A stretch of 51,958 bases of DNA from the NCBI GenBank assembly GCA_002689325.1, contig NZFP01000038.1, forward strand, positions 1-51,958. The letters run 5' to 3'. This DNA is from Rickettsiales bacterium. Lineage in GTDB: Bacteria; Pseudomonadota; Alphaproteobacteria; Methylaequorales; Methylaequoraceae. A model generated the notes under the pieces. It was not told the DNA's origin. It saw only the letters and a list, made by a program, of their open reading frames with translations, and did no database searches. The translations under genes were made by a program, and so were the position numbers. Positions 8,752-17,440 of this stretch are shown here, piece by piece. Position 1 is the stretch's first letter, and the number at the start of each line of letters is the position of its first letter.

Positions 8752-10016
8752 TCAGAAAATCTCCTTATTTTTACTCCACAATTCTTCAGTTTCTCTTCCA
8801 ATTTTTCATATCCTCTGTCAAGATGATATACCCTATTAACTGTTGTATTACCAGAAGCCATTAATCCAGCAATAATTAATGATGATGAAGCTCTTAAGTC
8901 AGTTGCCATAACCTCCGCTCCATGTATTTCTCTTACTCCATTTATAATTATTTTTGACCCCTTTTGTTTTAAATTAGCACCCATCCTTCTTAACTCACTT
9001 ACGTGCATAAATCTATTTTCAAAAATATTTTCTTTAATTACCGACTGAACCTCAGATTTAATTAGTGATGCAATAAGTTGAGCTTGTAAATCTGTTGGAA
9101 ATCCAGGATATTCTTTGGTAGAAAAAATTACATTATCAAGAAATTTATTAGTTTTTTTTACTATTAATTTTTCACCATTATCTTTTTTATTTAGTGATAA
9201 AACATTCAAGGGTTCAAAAATTTTCTTCAAATGATCACAAATTAAATCATTTACATTTTCTAATATTATTTTTCCGGAACACCCCATCACAGATAAAGCA
9301 AAAGTCCCAGCTTCAATTCTGTCTGGCATAACTGAAAATTCAGATCCTCTTAATTTTTTTTTTCCCTTAATTTTAATAACATTCGTCCCATGACCATAAA
9401 TTTCTGCACCCGCACTTACTAGAAAGTTTGACAAATCTGAAATTTCAGGTTCGCATGCAGCGTTTTTTATAATTGTTTCACCTTCAGCCAAAGTCGCCGC
9501 CATAATTATATTTTCCGTCGCCCCAACAGAAATTTTTTTTAAAGTAATTTCACAACCCTTTAATCTTCCCTTTACTTCTCCTTTTATATAACCATCCTTA
9601 ACAACAAACTCAGCGCCCATTTTTTCAAAACCATTAATATGCAAATCAACTGGTCTAGTTCCTATTGCACATCCACCTGGTAAAGAAACTTCTGCATAAC
9701 CATATTTAGCTAATAACGGACCTAAAATTAGGAAGGAAGCTCTCATTTTTCTAACTAGATCATATGAAACTTTTAGATTAGCTGGTTGATTGGATTTTAT
9801 TTGACAAATGGAGTCTTTAAAATTTATTTTAGAATCTAACGATTCCAAAATTTTTATCATAAAAATCACATCTGAAAGATTAGGAACATTTGATATAATT
9901 ATCTTTTCATCAATTAATAAGGAAGATGCCAAAATAGGTAAAGAAGAATTTTTTGAACCACTGATTTGGATAGCTCCCTCTAACCTATTAATACCTTCAA
10001 CTTCTATTTTATCCAT
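8748..10016 (-). CDS. murA: UDP-N-acetylglucosamine 1-carboxyvinyltransferase
   Basis: GSKNSSLP, MRAS, LPGGCAIGTRPVDLH, PGFPTDLQ and HLDRGYE. Confidence 0.98.
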   Translation of the reverse strand: MDKIEVEGINRLEGAIQISGSKNSSLPILASSLLIDEKIIISNVPNLSDVIFMIKILESLDSKINFKDSICQIKSNQPANLKVSYDLVRKMRASFLILGPLLAKYGYAEVSLPGGCAIGTRPVDLHINGFEKMGAEFVVKDGYIKGEVKGRLKGCEITLKKISVGATENIIMAATLAEGETIIKNAACEPEISDLSNFLVSAGAEIYGHGTNVIKIKGKKKLRGSEFSVMPDRIEAGTFALSVMGCSGKIILENVNDLICDHLKKIFEPLNVLSLNKKDNGEKLIVKKTNKFLDNVIFSTKEYPGFPTDLQAQLIASLIKSEVQSVIKENIFENRFMHVSELRRMGANLKQKGSKIIINGVREIHGAEVMATDLRASSSLIIAGLMASGNTTVNRVYHLDRGYEKLEEKLKNCGVKIRRFSE

Positions 10017-10017
10017 A

Positions 10018-10572
10018 TTAAAGTTTTGGAAGTGTTACTTCTTTTTGGTGCATATATTTTCCTTTTCTGTCAGCATAAGAAAGTTCACAGTTTTCTACCC
10101 CTTGTAAAAATAAAAATTGAGCGGCACCTTCATTAGCATATATTTTAGCAGGAAGAGGAGTCGTATTTGAAAACTCTAATGTAACATGTCCCTCCCATTC
10201 TGGCTCAAGTGGTGTTACATTGACAATTATACCGCATCTTGCATATGTTGATTTACCTACACAAATAACCAGTGTTTCTCGTGGAATTTTAAAATGCTCA
10301 ACAGTTTTTGCTAAAGCAAAACTATTAGGTGGAATTATGCAATAATCTACGTCTCTATCTACGAAACTAGATTCAGAAAAATCTTTGGGATCAACAGTTG
10401 CTGAATTCACATTTGTAAAAATCTTAAAACTACTGGATACTCTTGCATCATATCCATAAGAAGACAGCCCGTAAGATAAAACGTTTTTCTTGACTTGGTT
10501 CTCAACAAAAGGATCAATCATTTTCCTTTCAATTGCCATTTTTTTTATCCATGAATCAGGCATTATTCCCAT
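10018..10572 (-). CDS. dcd: dCTP deaminase
   Basis: [33 protein letters not shown] and YANEG. Confidence 0.97.
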   Translation of the reverse strand: MGIMPDSWIKKMAIERKMIDPFVENQVKKNVLSYGLSSYGYDARVSSSFKIFTNVNSATVDPKDFSESSFVDRDVDYCIIPPNSFALAKTVEHFKIPRETLVICVGKSTYARCGIIVNVTPLEPEWEGHVTLEFSNTTPLPAKIYANEGAAQFLFLQGVENCELSYADRKGKYMHQKEVTLPKL

Positions 10573-10654
10573 TTTTACTTTCCTTTCTTTTCTTAATATT
10601 TCTTTTTAATGCTTCTGATAAGCGTTGTTCACGTGTATTTTTTTTTTTATTCAT
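10556..10654 (-). CDS. Putative 32-aa basic protein
   Basis: [32 protein letters not shown]; ATG directly abuts the upstream stop and the ORF overlaps the dcd start. Confidence 0.65.
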   Translation of the reverse strand: MNKKKNTREQRLSEALKRNIKKRKESKNGNNA

Positions 10655-11008
10655 TTATTTAAGTAAATTATATTTTGTGGCTTTTCCTTTACTTAAAGAA
10701 ACAGGATATTTCTTTTCATTTTTTTTTATTTTTTTTAAACAGCACTTTTCAATATCGATTTTTGCTAAATCCGAAAATCTTAATAAATAAAGCATTATAT
10801 CAGCAACTTCATCAGAAATTTTTTCTTTGATTGTTTTTTTTTTCAAATCTGACTCAATTTCAGCATCATTTTTCCATTGAAAAATTTCAAGTAGCTCTGA
10901 AGTTTCAATATTTATAGAAATAGCAAGGTTTTTAAGATTATGAAATTGTTCCCACTCTCTTTTATGTGCAAATTCCCTCAGAATTTTTTGTAGTTTCTTT
11001 TCATTCAT
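10655..11008 (-). CDS. MazG-like nucleotide pyrophosphohydrolase (DCTPP1-type)
   Basis: F..KREWEQFH..KNLA.SI..E..ELLE.FQW, DEVAD and K..KN..KYP. Confidence 0.88.
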   Translation of the reverse strand: MNEKKLQKILREFAHKREWEQFHNLKNLAISINIETSELLEIFQWKNDAEIESDLKKKTIKEKISDEVADIMLYLLRFSDLAKIDIEKCCLKKIKKNEKKYPVSLSKGKATKYNLLK

Positions 11009-11146
11009 AGGTTAACAACTATTGTCAAGATTAAAATTCTACCTCTATGATTAACATATTGAAATTTTTTTTTAATAAATATTTTAATAAAAATAATTCT
11101 ATAATTTTCATTCTTTCTTTTTCCTATATAATTGTTATAAATTATT

Positions 11147-12766
11147 ATGAATGAAATAATTTGGGGCAGATACTCTTTATTAGTTTACACTGCAATAGTT
11201 TCAATTTTTTCCTTAACTTTATCCTTTTATGTAAAGGGATTTCTTGTAATTTTTTTTCCAAGCTTTTTACTTTTTTTAATATCTTTAAAAGATTTTCTTC
11301 AAAAAAAAAGATCTATTCTTTCAAATTTTCCTTTACTGGGAAGATTTAGATTTTTTCTAGAAAGCATTAGACCAGAACTAAGACAGTATTACTGGGAATC
11401 GGATGATGATGAGGTTCCTTATTCTAGAAATCAAAGATCTATGGTTTATCAAAGATCCAAGAATGAAGGTGGGGTGAGGCCTTTTGGCTCATTGGAAAAG
11501 TTTTATAAAAATGACTTTGTTTGGCTTAACCATTCAATATCCCCATCTCATATAAAAAATAATGATTTTCGAGTAAAAGTTGGGTTAGGAAAAAAACAAT
11601 ATCAAATGTCTGTACTAAATATTTCTGGAACATCATTTGGTGCAATTTCTCCTCCTGCTGTTACATCACTTAACAAAGCAGCCAAAATGGGTGGGTTTGC
11701 TCATAATACTGGCGAAGGTTCATTATCACCTTATCATGAAAAAGGGGGAGGCGATTCAATATGGCAAATTTCAACAGGATACTTTGGTTGCAGAGATAAA
11801 AATGGTAATTTTTGTCCTAAAGCTTTTTCAGAGAAAGCTAAAAAAGATCAAGTAAAAATGATTGAAATTAAATTAAGTCAGGGAGCTAAACCAGGACATG
11901 GGGGAATGCTTCTTGCTCCAAAAGTTACTGAGGAAATTGCACGAACTCGTGGTATAGAAGTTGGAAAAGATTGTATATCACCAGCTAAACATAAAGAATT
12001 TTCCACTCCATTACAATTACTGAAATTTGTTGAAAAATTAAAAAAATTATCAGGAGGTAAGCCAGTAGGAATTAAACTGTGTATTGGTCATCCGTGGGAG
12101 TTAATTTCTATAGTTAAAGCTATGGTCACTGAAAAAAAATACATTGATTTTGTAACTGTTGACGGTGCTGAAGGAGGAACTGGAGCAGCTCCGGCAGAAT
12201 TTACAGATCATCTCGGATGTCCTTTAAAAGATGCTTTGGTTTTCGTTGACAATGCTCTAATTGGTGCGAATCTGAGAGATAAAGTAAAAATAGGTGCATC
12301 AGGAAAAGTAGTCTCAGCGTTTGATATTGCACACATGTGTGCTTTAGGTGCCGATTGGATTAATATGGCTAGACCATTTATGTTCTCAATAGGGTGTATT
12401 CAATGTAGGTCTTGTCATACAGGTGAGTGTCCAACTGGAATTGCCACAATGGATCCCATGAGATATAGAGCAATTGATATTGATGATAGATCTAATAGAG
12501 CTTTCAACTTTCACAAAAATACATTATTTGTTTTAAAAGAACTTTTAGAATCAGTTGGAGTTAATCATCCAACTGAACTTAACAGACGACACATTGTTAG
12601 GAGACTATCGGAAAGTGAAATAAGGTTAGCAGATCAAATTTATCCAAGAGCCGAAAAGGGTGAACTTCTTAAAAGAGGGAAAAAAATAATTGCCGATCCG
12701 CGTATTGATGTTTACTGGAATAAAGTCACTCCCAATAGTTTTAATTACATACCAGGCTCAATTTAA
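11147..12766 (+). CDS. FMN-binding glutamate synthase family protein with N-terminal membrane segments
   Basis: S.GA.S, HNTGEG, EIKLSQGAKPGHGG, VDGAEGGTGAAP and the cysteine motif CIQCRSCHTGECPTG. Confidence 0.92.
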   Translation: MNEIIWGRYSLLVYTAIVSIFSLTLSFYVKGFLVIFFPSFLLFLISLKDFLQKKRSILSNFPLLGRFRFFLESIRPELRQYYWESDDDEVPYSRNQRSMVYQRSKNEGGVRPFGSLEKFYKNDFVWLNHSISPSHIKNNDFRVKVGLGKKQYQMSVLNISGTSFGAISPPAVTSLNKAAKMGGFAHNTGEGSLSPYHEKGGGDSIWQISTGYFGCRDKNGNFCPKAFSEKAKKDQVKMIEIKLSQGAKPGHGGMLLAPKVTEEIARTRGIEVGKDCISPAKHKEFSTPLQLLKFVEKLKKLSGGKPVGIKLCIGHPWELISIVKAMVTEKKYIDFVTVDGAEGGTGAAPAEFTDHLGCPLKDALVFVDNALIGANLRDKVKIGASGKVVSAFDIAHMCALGADWINMARPFMFSIGCIQCRSCHTGECPTGIATMDPMRYRAIDIDDRSNRAFNFHKNTLFVLKELLESVGVNHPTELNRRHIVRRLSESEIRLADQIYPRAEKGELLKRGKKIIADPRIDVYWNKVTPNSFNYIPGSI

Positions 12767-14598
12767 TTGACTCAAATTATAAAAAGCAACCAAATCACAA
12801 ATAAATATTATTTACTTGCTTTAACAAATTTTGAAAAAAAAGATTTTAAATTAGCTAAATTTCATTTTTTGGAATATCTAGAGAAAAATGACGATTTTCA
12901 AGCACTAAATTTACTTGGAATTTGCTACCTAAATTTAAAAGAATACATATCGGCAGCAAAAATTTTTAAGGAATTAATTTCTAAAAAAATAATTACCGAC
13001 TCAATACTAAATAATTATGGTGTTGCATTAAAAAATTTAAAGGAATTCAATACTTCAAAATATTACTTTAAAAAATCTATTAAGATTAATCAGAAAAATT
13101 TCCTTGCTTTTTTTAATTTAGGAAATTTAAATTGCGAAATTGGGAAAGAAAAAGAAGCTGAAATTCTTTTCCTAAAATGTATGGAATTAAAAAAAGGTTA
13201 TCTTCCAGCAATCCTAAACTTATCAATGTTATATTTAAAAAATTATAATTTAGATAAGTGCTTAAAACTGCTTAAAAACTCTTTAAATATTTTTCCAAAT
13301 AATAACACAGTAATTGAAAATATAGCTAAAATTTATTTAATAAGAAAAAACTTTAATTTAGCAGAAAAGTATCTAATTAAACTTATACAACTATCAAAAG
13401 AAAATATCAAAAAGATAATACCTCTTGCCTTAGGATACTCCTATGAAGGAAAAGAAAAGGAATATAAAAAAATTTGTAAGCTTTATATCAAAAATTTAAC
13501 TAAAGATTCTTCAATATTTTCCTTAAACACAATTAAAAAAAAAATGCCTATAATATCATTTCTTTCGCCCGATATAAGAAATCACCCTGTTGGATTCTTT
13601 ACCAAAGACATGTTACCTGAATTATCCAAAAGATTTAAAATAGTTATTTTTAACACATGCGAATTTGAAGATGAGATTTCAATATACACTAAAAACTTTT
13701 GTCACTGGATAAATTTAAAGACGAACAATGAATATGAAATAGCTGATGCCATTTTCAAAAAAAATGTAGATGTGTTAATTGACTCTTCTGGTCTAACGAG
13801 AACGAACAATTTGGGAGTCTTTAAATTAAAGCCCAGTAAAAATCAAGTATCATGGGCAGGTTGGCTTGCTTCTACGAATTTAAAAGAAATGGATTATGTG
13901 ATTAGTGACCATTTTTGTACACGCCAAAAAGATGAAAAGTTTTTCACAGAAAAAGTATTAAGAATGAAAAATATTTGGTGTACTTATTCTTTATCAGTCT
14001 TAGAAAGTCTAAATTTAAAAAAAATAAATAACTCAGAATCTTTCATAATTTATGGGTGTTTTCAAAGACCAGAAAAAATTAGCAAAAAAGTATTACGAAC
14101 ATGGGCGGAGATACTTATAAGAGTCAAAAAAAGCAAAATTTTCTTTATTAATCAGTCCTTTAATGAATATGAAAAAAAAAGTTAATCTCCTATTTTAACA
14201 ATAATGGTATTTCAAACAAAAGATTAATTTTTATACAACCCAAAAATCGTAGGGAATATTTAAATTCTTATAATTTAGTTGATATAAACTTAGATACCTT
14301 TCCTTATAATGGCGGTACCACACTGTTTGAATCATCTTATATGGGGGTTCCAATATTAACAAAAGAGAACAACTCATTTTTGTTTCGATGCGGAGAGAGT
14401 ATTAATAATAATCTCAATATGAAAGATTGGATAGCAAAAAATACAAGTGATTATGTAAACAAAGCAGAGGATTTTTCAAACAAAAAGTATATAAACGAAT
14501 TAAAAAGAAAATTAATAATTGATTCAAATAAATCTATCCTATTTAATTCAAAAGTCTTTGCTAATGAATTTGGAAAAATGATTATGAATATTCTTTAA
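12767..14598 (+). CDS. TPR-containing O-GlcNAc transferase / SPINDLY-like GT41 protein, split by a frameshift in an A9 run at 14172-14180
   Basis: N-terminal TPR-like helices, then SPD.RNHPVG.F, QVSWAGW..ST and FQRPEKI. The alternative frame continues KLISYFNNNG...DINLDTFPYNGGTT...MGVPILT. Confidence 0.87.
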
Positions 14599-14638
14599 AA
14601 TTTTTGATTTTTAAACTATTCTTTATTTTAGTATTCTG

Positions 14639-14712
14639 GCCCTCTTAGTTTAATAGTAAAACAGGGTCTTGGTAAGACTCAGCCACTGGAGCGTAACCAG
14701 TAGAGGGCACCA
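14639..14712 (+). tRNA. tRNA-Thr(GGT) with non-canonical D- and T-loops
   Basis: Acceptor stem GCCCTCT/AGAGGGC plus ACCA; D-stem GTTT/AAAC; anticodon arm GGGTC-TTGGTAA-GACTC; T-stem ACTGG/CCAGT with loop AGCGTAA. Confidence 0.9.
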
Positions 14713-14716
14713 TTTT

Positions 14717-15928
14717 ATGAAGGAAGATTTACAAAAATACATATTTTATAGTTTTCTTGTTGGAATTATCTTAGGGATTTCATTAAACAACTTATCAATC
14801 TATTATCCAGAAATAATAAAACTAACTTTAAATGTACTTCAATTTGGTGGAGATGTTTTCTTAAAAATTATAAAAATGCTTGTAGTACCTATTGTTTTCT
14901 TTTCATTATTAATTGGTGTTGCTAATCTAAAAAATATTTCAACTCTAGGCAGAATTGGAGCTAAAACTCTGTCTTTATATTTATTCACAACAATGATAGC
15001 TATTTCTTTGTCTCTTGTCATTGGGCATATTTTAAACCCAGGTCAGGGGGGCAACATCAGTCTTGAAAATACTCAATTAAAAATCAATGAAGCTCCTTCT
15101 TTTTTCGAAGTTTTACTTGATATCATTCCTGAAAACCCTTTTAAATCTCTAAGTGAAGGTAATATGTTACAAGTAATTTTTTTCTCTCTCATCCTTGGTG
15201 GATGTTTGTCAAATCTAAAAGATAATAAAAACTTACTTAATTTTTTTAATAGTATGAATGAGCTCGTTTTAAAGATGCTTTCGGCACTAATGACAATCGC
15301 ACCAATTGGTATTTTTTGTTTGATCTCTAAAACATTTGCTACGCAAGGCTTATCATCTATTTTAGAACTACTAAAATATTTCCTTGGAGTTGTACTAATA
15401 ATATTTATTCACTTCTTAATTGTTTACATCCCCTTAGTTAGGTTTTTGGGGAAAGTTAATATTAGAACTTTTGTAAATGGGATAAAACAAATTGTTCTAT
15501 TTGCTTTTTCAACATCAAGTAGTAGTGCAACGATTCCAGTCACACTACAAAATTTAAATAAGAATTTTAATGTGAAATCAAAGATATCGTCTTTTACAGT
15601 TCCTCTGGGTGCAACAATAAATATGGATGGTACAGCAATTATGCAAGGTATGGCTACCATTTTTATAGCAAATATTTATAATATAGATCTTTTATTCTCA
15701 GATTATTTATCAATCATTTTAACAGCGACTTTAGCCTCAGTTGGAACTGCCGGGGTTCCCGGTGTGGGAATAATTATGTTAGGTATGGTTCTAAATCAAG
15801 TTGGATTACCTCTTGAAGGAATTGCAATAGTAATAGGAGTAGATAGATTACTTGATATGTTGAGAACATCTTTAAACGTATCAGGAGATGCAATGGTAAC
15901 ATTAGTTGTAAATAAATCAGAAAAATAA
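14717..15928 (+). CDS. Dicarboxylate/amino acid:cation symporter (DAACS, GltP-like)
   Basis: AFSTSSSSAT.P, PLGATINMDG, AS.G.AGVPG and GVDRLLDMLRT..NV.GD. The true start is ATG 14717; the track start lies inside the tRNA. Confidence 0.93.
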   Translation: MKEDLQKYIFYSFLVGIILGISLNNLSIYYPEIIKLTLNVLQFGGDVFLKIIKMLVVPIVFFSLLIGVANLKNISTLGRIGAKTLSLYLFTTMIAISLSLVIGHILNPGQGGNISLENTQLKINEAPSFFEVLLDIIPENPFKSLSEGNMLQVIFFSLILGGCLSNLKDNKNLLNFFNSMNELVLKMLSALMTIAPIGIFCLISKTFATQGLSSILELLKYFLGVVLIIFIHFLIVYIPLVRFLGKVNIRTFVNGIKQIVLFAFSTSSSSATIPVTLQNLNKNFNVKSKISSFTVPLGATINMDGTAIMQGMATIFIANIYNIDLLFSDYLSIILTATLASVGTAGVPGVGIIMLGMVLNQVGLPLEGIAIVIGVDRLLDMLRTSLNVSGDAMVTLVVNKSEK

Positions 15929-16104
15929 TGCTCTTATTTGTAGTTGAATTAGAAATTATCTTTTTTGGAAAAGAGACAAAGTACGTACATGCTTATGATA
16001 AAAGTGATGCTGAATTTATAGCAATTCAAAAAACAATAAAAGAACTTAGTTGTTCAAAAGAAGATATTTCAATTATTCTTGTAAAAAAAGTTAATCATAA
16101 TTGA
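15928..16104 (+). CDS. Putative 58-aa protein, translationally coupled to the transporter
   Basis: TAATG overlap; MLLFVVELEIIFFGKETKYVHAYDKSDAEFIAIQKTIKELSCSKEDISIILVKKVNHN; fills the gap to the convergent pyrC. Confidence 0.65.
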   Translation: MLLFVVELEIIFFGKETKYVHAYDKSDAEFIAIQKTIKELSCSKEDISIILVKKVNHN

Positions 16105-17425
16105 ATAAAACAGGTTCGCCTATTGGTGGTGATGCTATTTCAGAATCCTGCATCACAATTTTACCATTAACAACTGTAAAAACTGGCAAACCCTTAATTT
16201 TTAAACCATCGTAAGGAGTCCAACCTGATTTACTTGCGATCCATTCATTGGTAATTGTAAATTCTTTATTTAAATCAACAATAGAAAAGTCTGCATCGTT
16301 TCCAATCTTAATTTCTCCTTTGTATTTCATATTATAAATTTTCGCTGGGTTATAACATAGAAGTCTAACCAAATCATTGATACCAAGTTTCTTTTTATTA
16401 ACAAAATCAAGCATTATTGGTAATATCGTTTGGACTCCTGTCATACCAGAGGGACAATTGGGATATTTTTTTTTCTTTTCCTCTAATGTATGAGGTGCGT
16501 GGTCAGAACCAATTACATCTACTATTTTTTCTTCAATACCTTTCCAAAGACCAATATTATGACTTTTATCCCTAATTGGTGGATTCATTTGAGCCAAACT
16601 ACCTAAATTTTCATAACAATCTGGAGCGTGGAAAAATAAATGTTGAGGTGTCACCTCACAGGTTGAAAAGTTCTTATATTTTTTAAGGATTAATATTTCA
16701 TCTTTAGTCGAAATATGTAAAACATGTATTTTTCGATTAGTTTCTTGAGCAATCTTTAATAATCTCTCTGTACTTCTTATTGCTGTCTGCGAGTCTCTCC
16801 AAAAAGGATGACTGGAGACGTTTGCTTTTGGGTCTTCAACAAGGTGTTTTCTTTCTCTTAATCTATATTCATCTTCACTATGAACAGCAACTCTCCGACT
16901 ACCTGATGCTAAAATTTTTCTTAAACTTTCATCGTCTTCAACTAAGAGGTCTCCAGTCGAGGACCCCATAAAAATTTTCACACCGCAACATCCTGGTAAT
17001 CGCTCTAAGTTTTTTAAGTTTTCTATATTTTCCTTAGCAGCACCTACAAAAAAACTATAATTACAATAAGCATTTTTTTGTGCTATTAAAAGTTTTTCAT
17101 TAAGAGCTGCTTTGGTAGTTGTTGAAGGGTTAGTATTAGGCATTTCAAAAATTGACGTTATGCCACCAAGTATTGCTCCTTTGGTTCCGTTCATAATATC
17201 TTCTTTATGAGTCAAACCAGGTTCTCTGAAATGTACCTGAGTATCAACTGCTCCAGGTAAAACAATTAAATTGTTAATAACTATTTTTTTTTCACAATCT
17301 TTTTTTGAAAGATTTCCCAACTCAACAACTTTTGAACCTTTAACTCCAATATCAATTTTTTCTATAGATGAATTTGGCAGAACAACGTCTCCACCTGTAA
17401 TAATTAGATCTAGTTGTTTTTTCAT
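16091..17425 (-). CDS. pyrC: Dihydroorotase (long amidohydrolase type)
   Basis: DTQVHFREPG, EMPNT.P, EVTPQHL, MNPPIR and IGSDHAPH. Confidence 0.88.
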   Translation of the reverse strand: MKKQLDLIITGGDVVLPNSSIEKIDIGVKGSKVVELGNLSKKDCEKKIVINNLIVLPGAVDTQVHFREPGLTHKEDIMNGTKGAILGGITSIFEMPNTNPSTTTKAALNEKLLIAQKNAYCNYSFFVGAAKENIENLKNLERLPGCCGVKIFMGSSTGDLLVEDDESLRKILASGSRRVAVHSEDEYRLRERKHLVEDPKANVSSHPFWRDSQTAIRSTERLLKIAQETNRKIHVLHISTKDEILILKKYKNFSTCEVTPQHLFFHAPDCYENLGSLAQMNPPIRDKSHNIGLWKGIEEKIVDVIGSDHAPHTLEEKKKKYPNCPSGMTGVQTILPIMLDFVNKKKLGINDLVRLLCYNPAKIYNMKYKGEIKIGNDADFSIVDLNKEFTITNEWIASKSGWTPYDGLKIKGLPVFTVVNGKIVMQDSEIASPPIGEPVLFNYD

Positions 17426-17440
17426 TATTCTAATAAAATT

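Noticed and set aside
11031-11111. 26-aa minus-strand ORF MKIIELFLLKYLL... with an AGGA upstream
   Set aside because: Very short, low-complexity AT sequence in a divergent promoter region; I cannot distinguish it from chance.
14669-14716. N-terminal extension of the DAACS ORF
   Set aside because: It lies inside tRNA-Thr; the real start is 14717.
17220-17250. QxH instead of HxH in the dihydroorotase
   Set aside because: DxQVHFREPG is a variant I recognise in this subfamily, so it is not evidence of inactivity.
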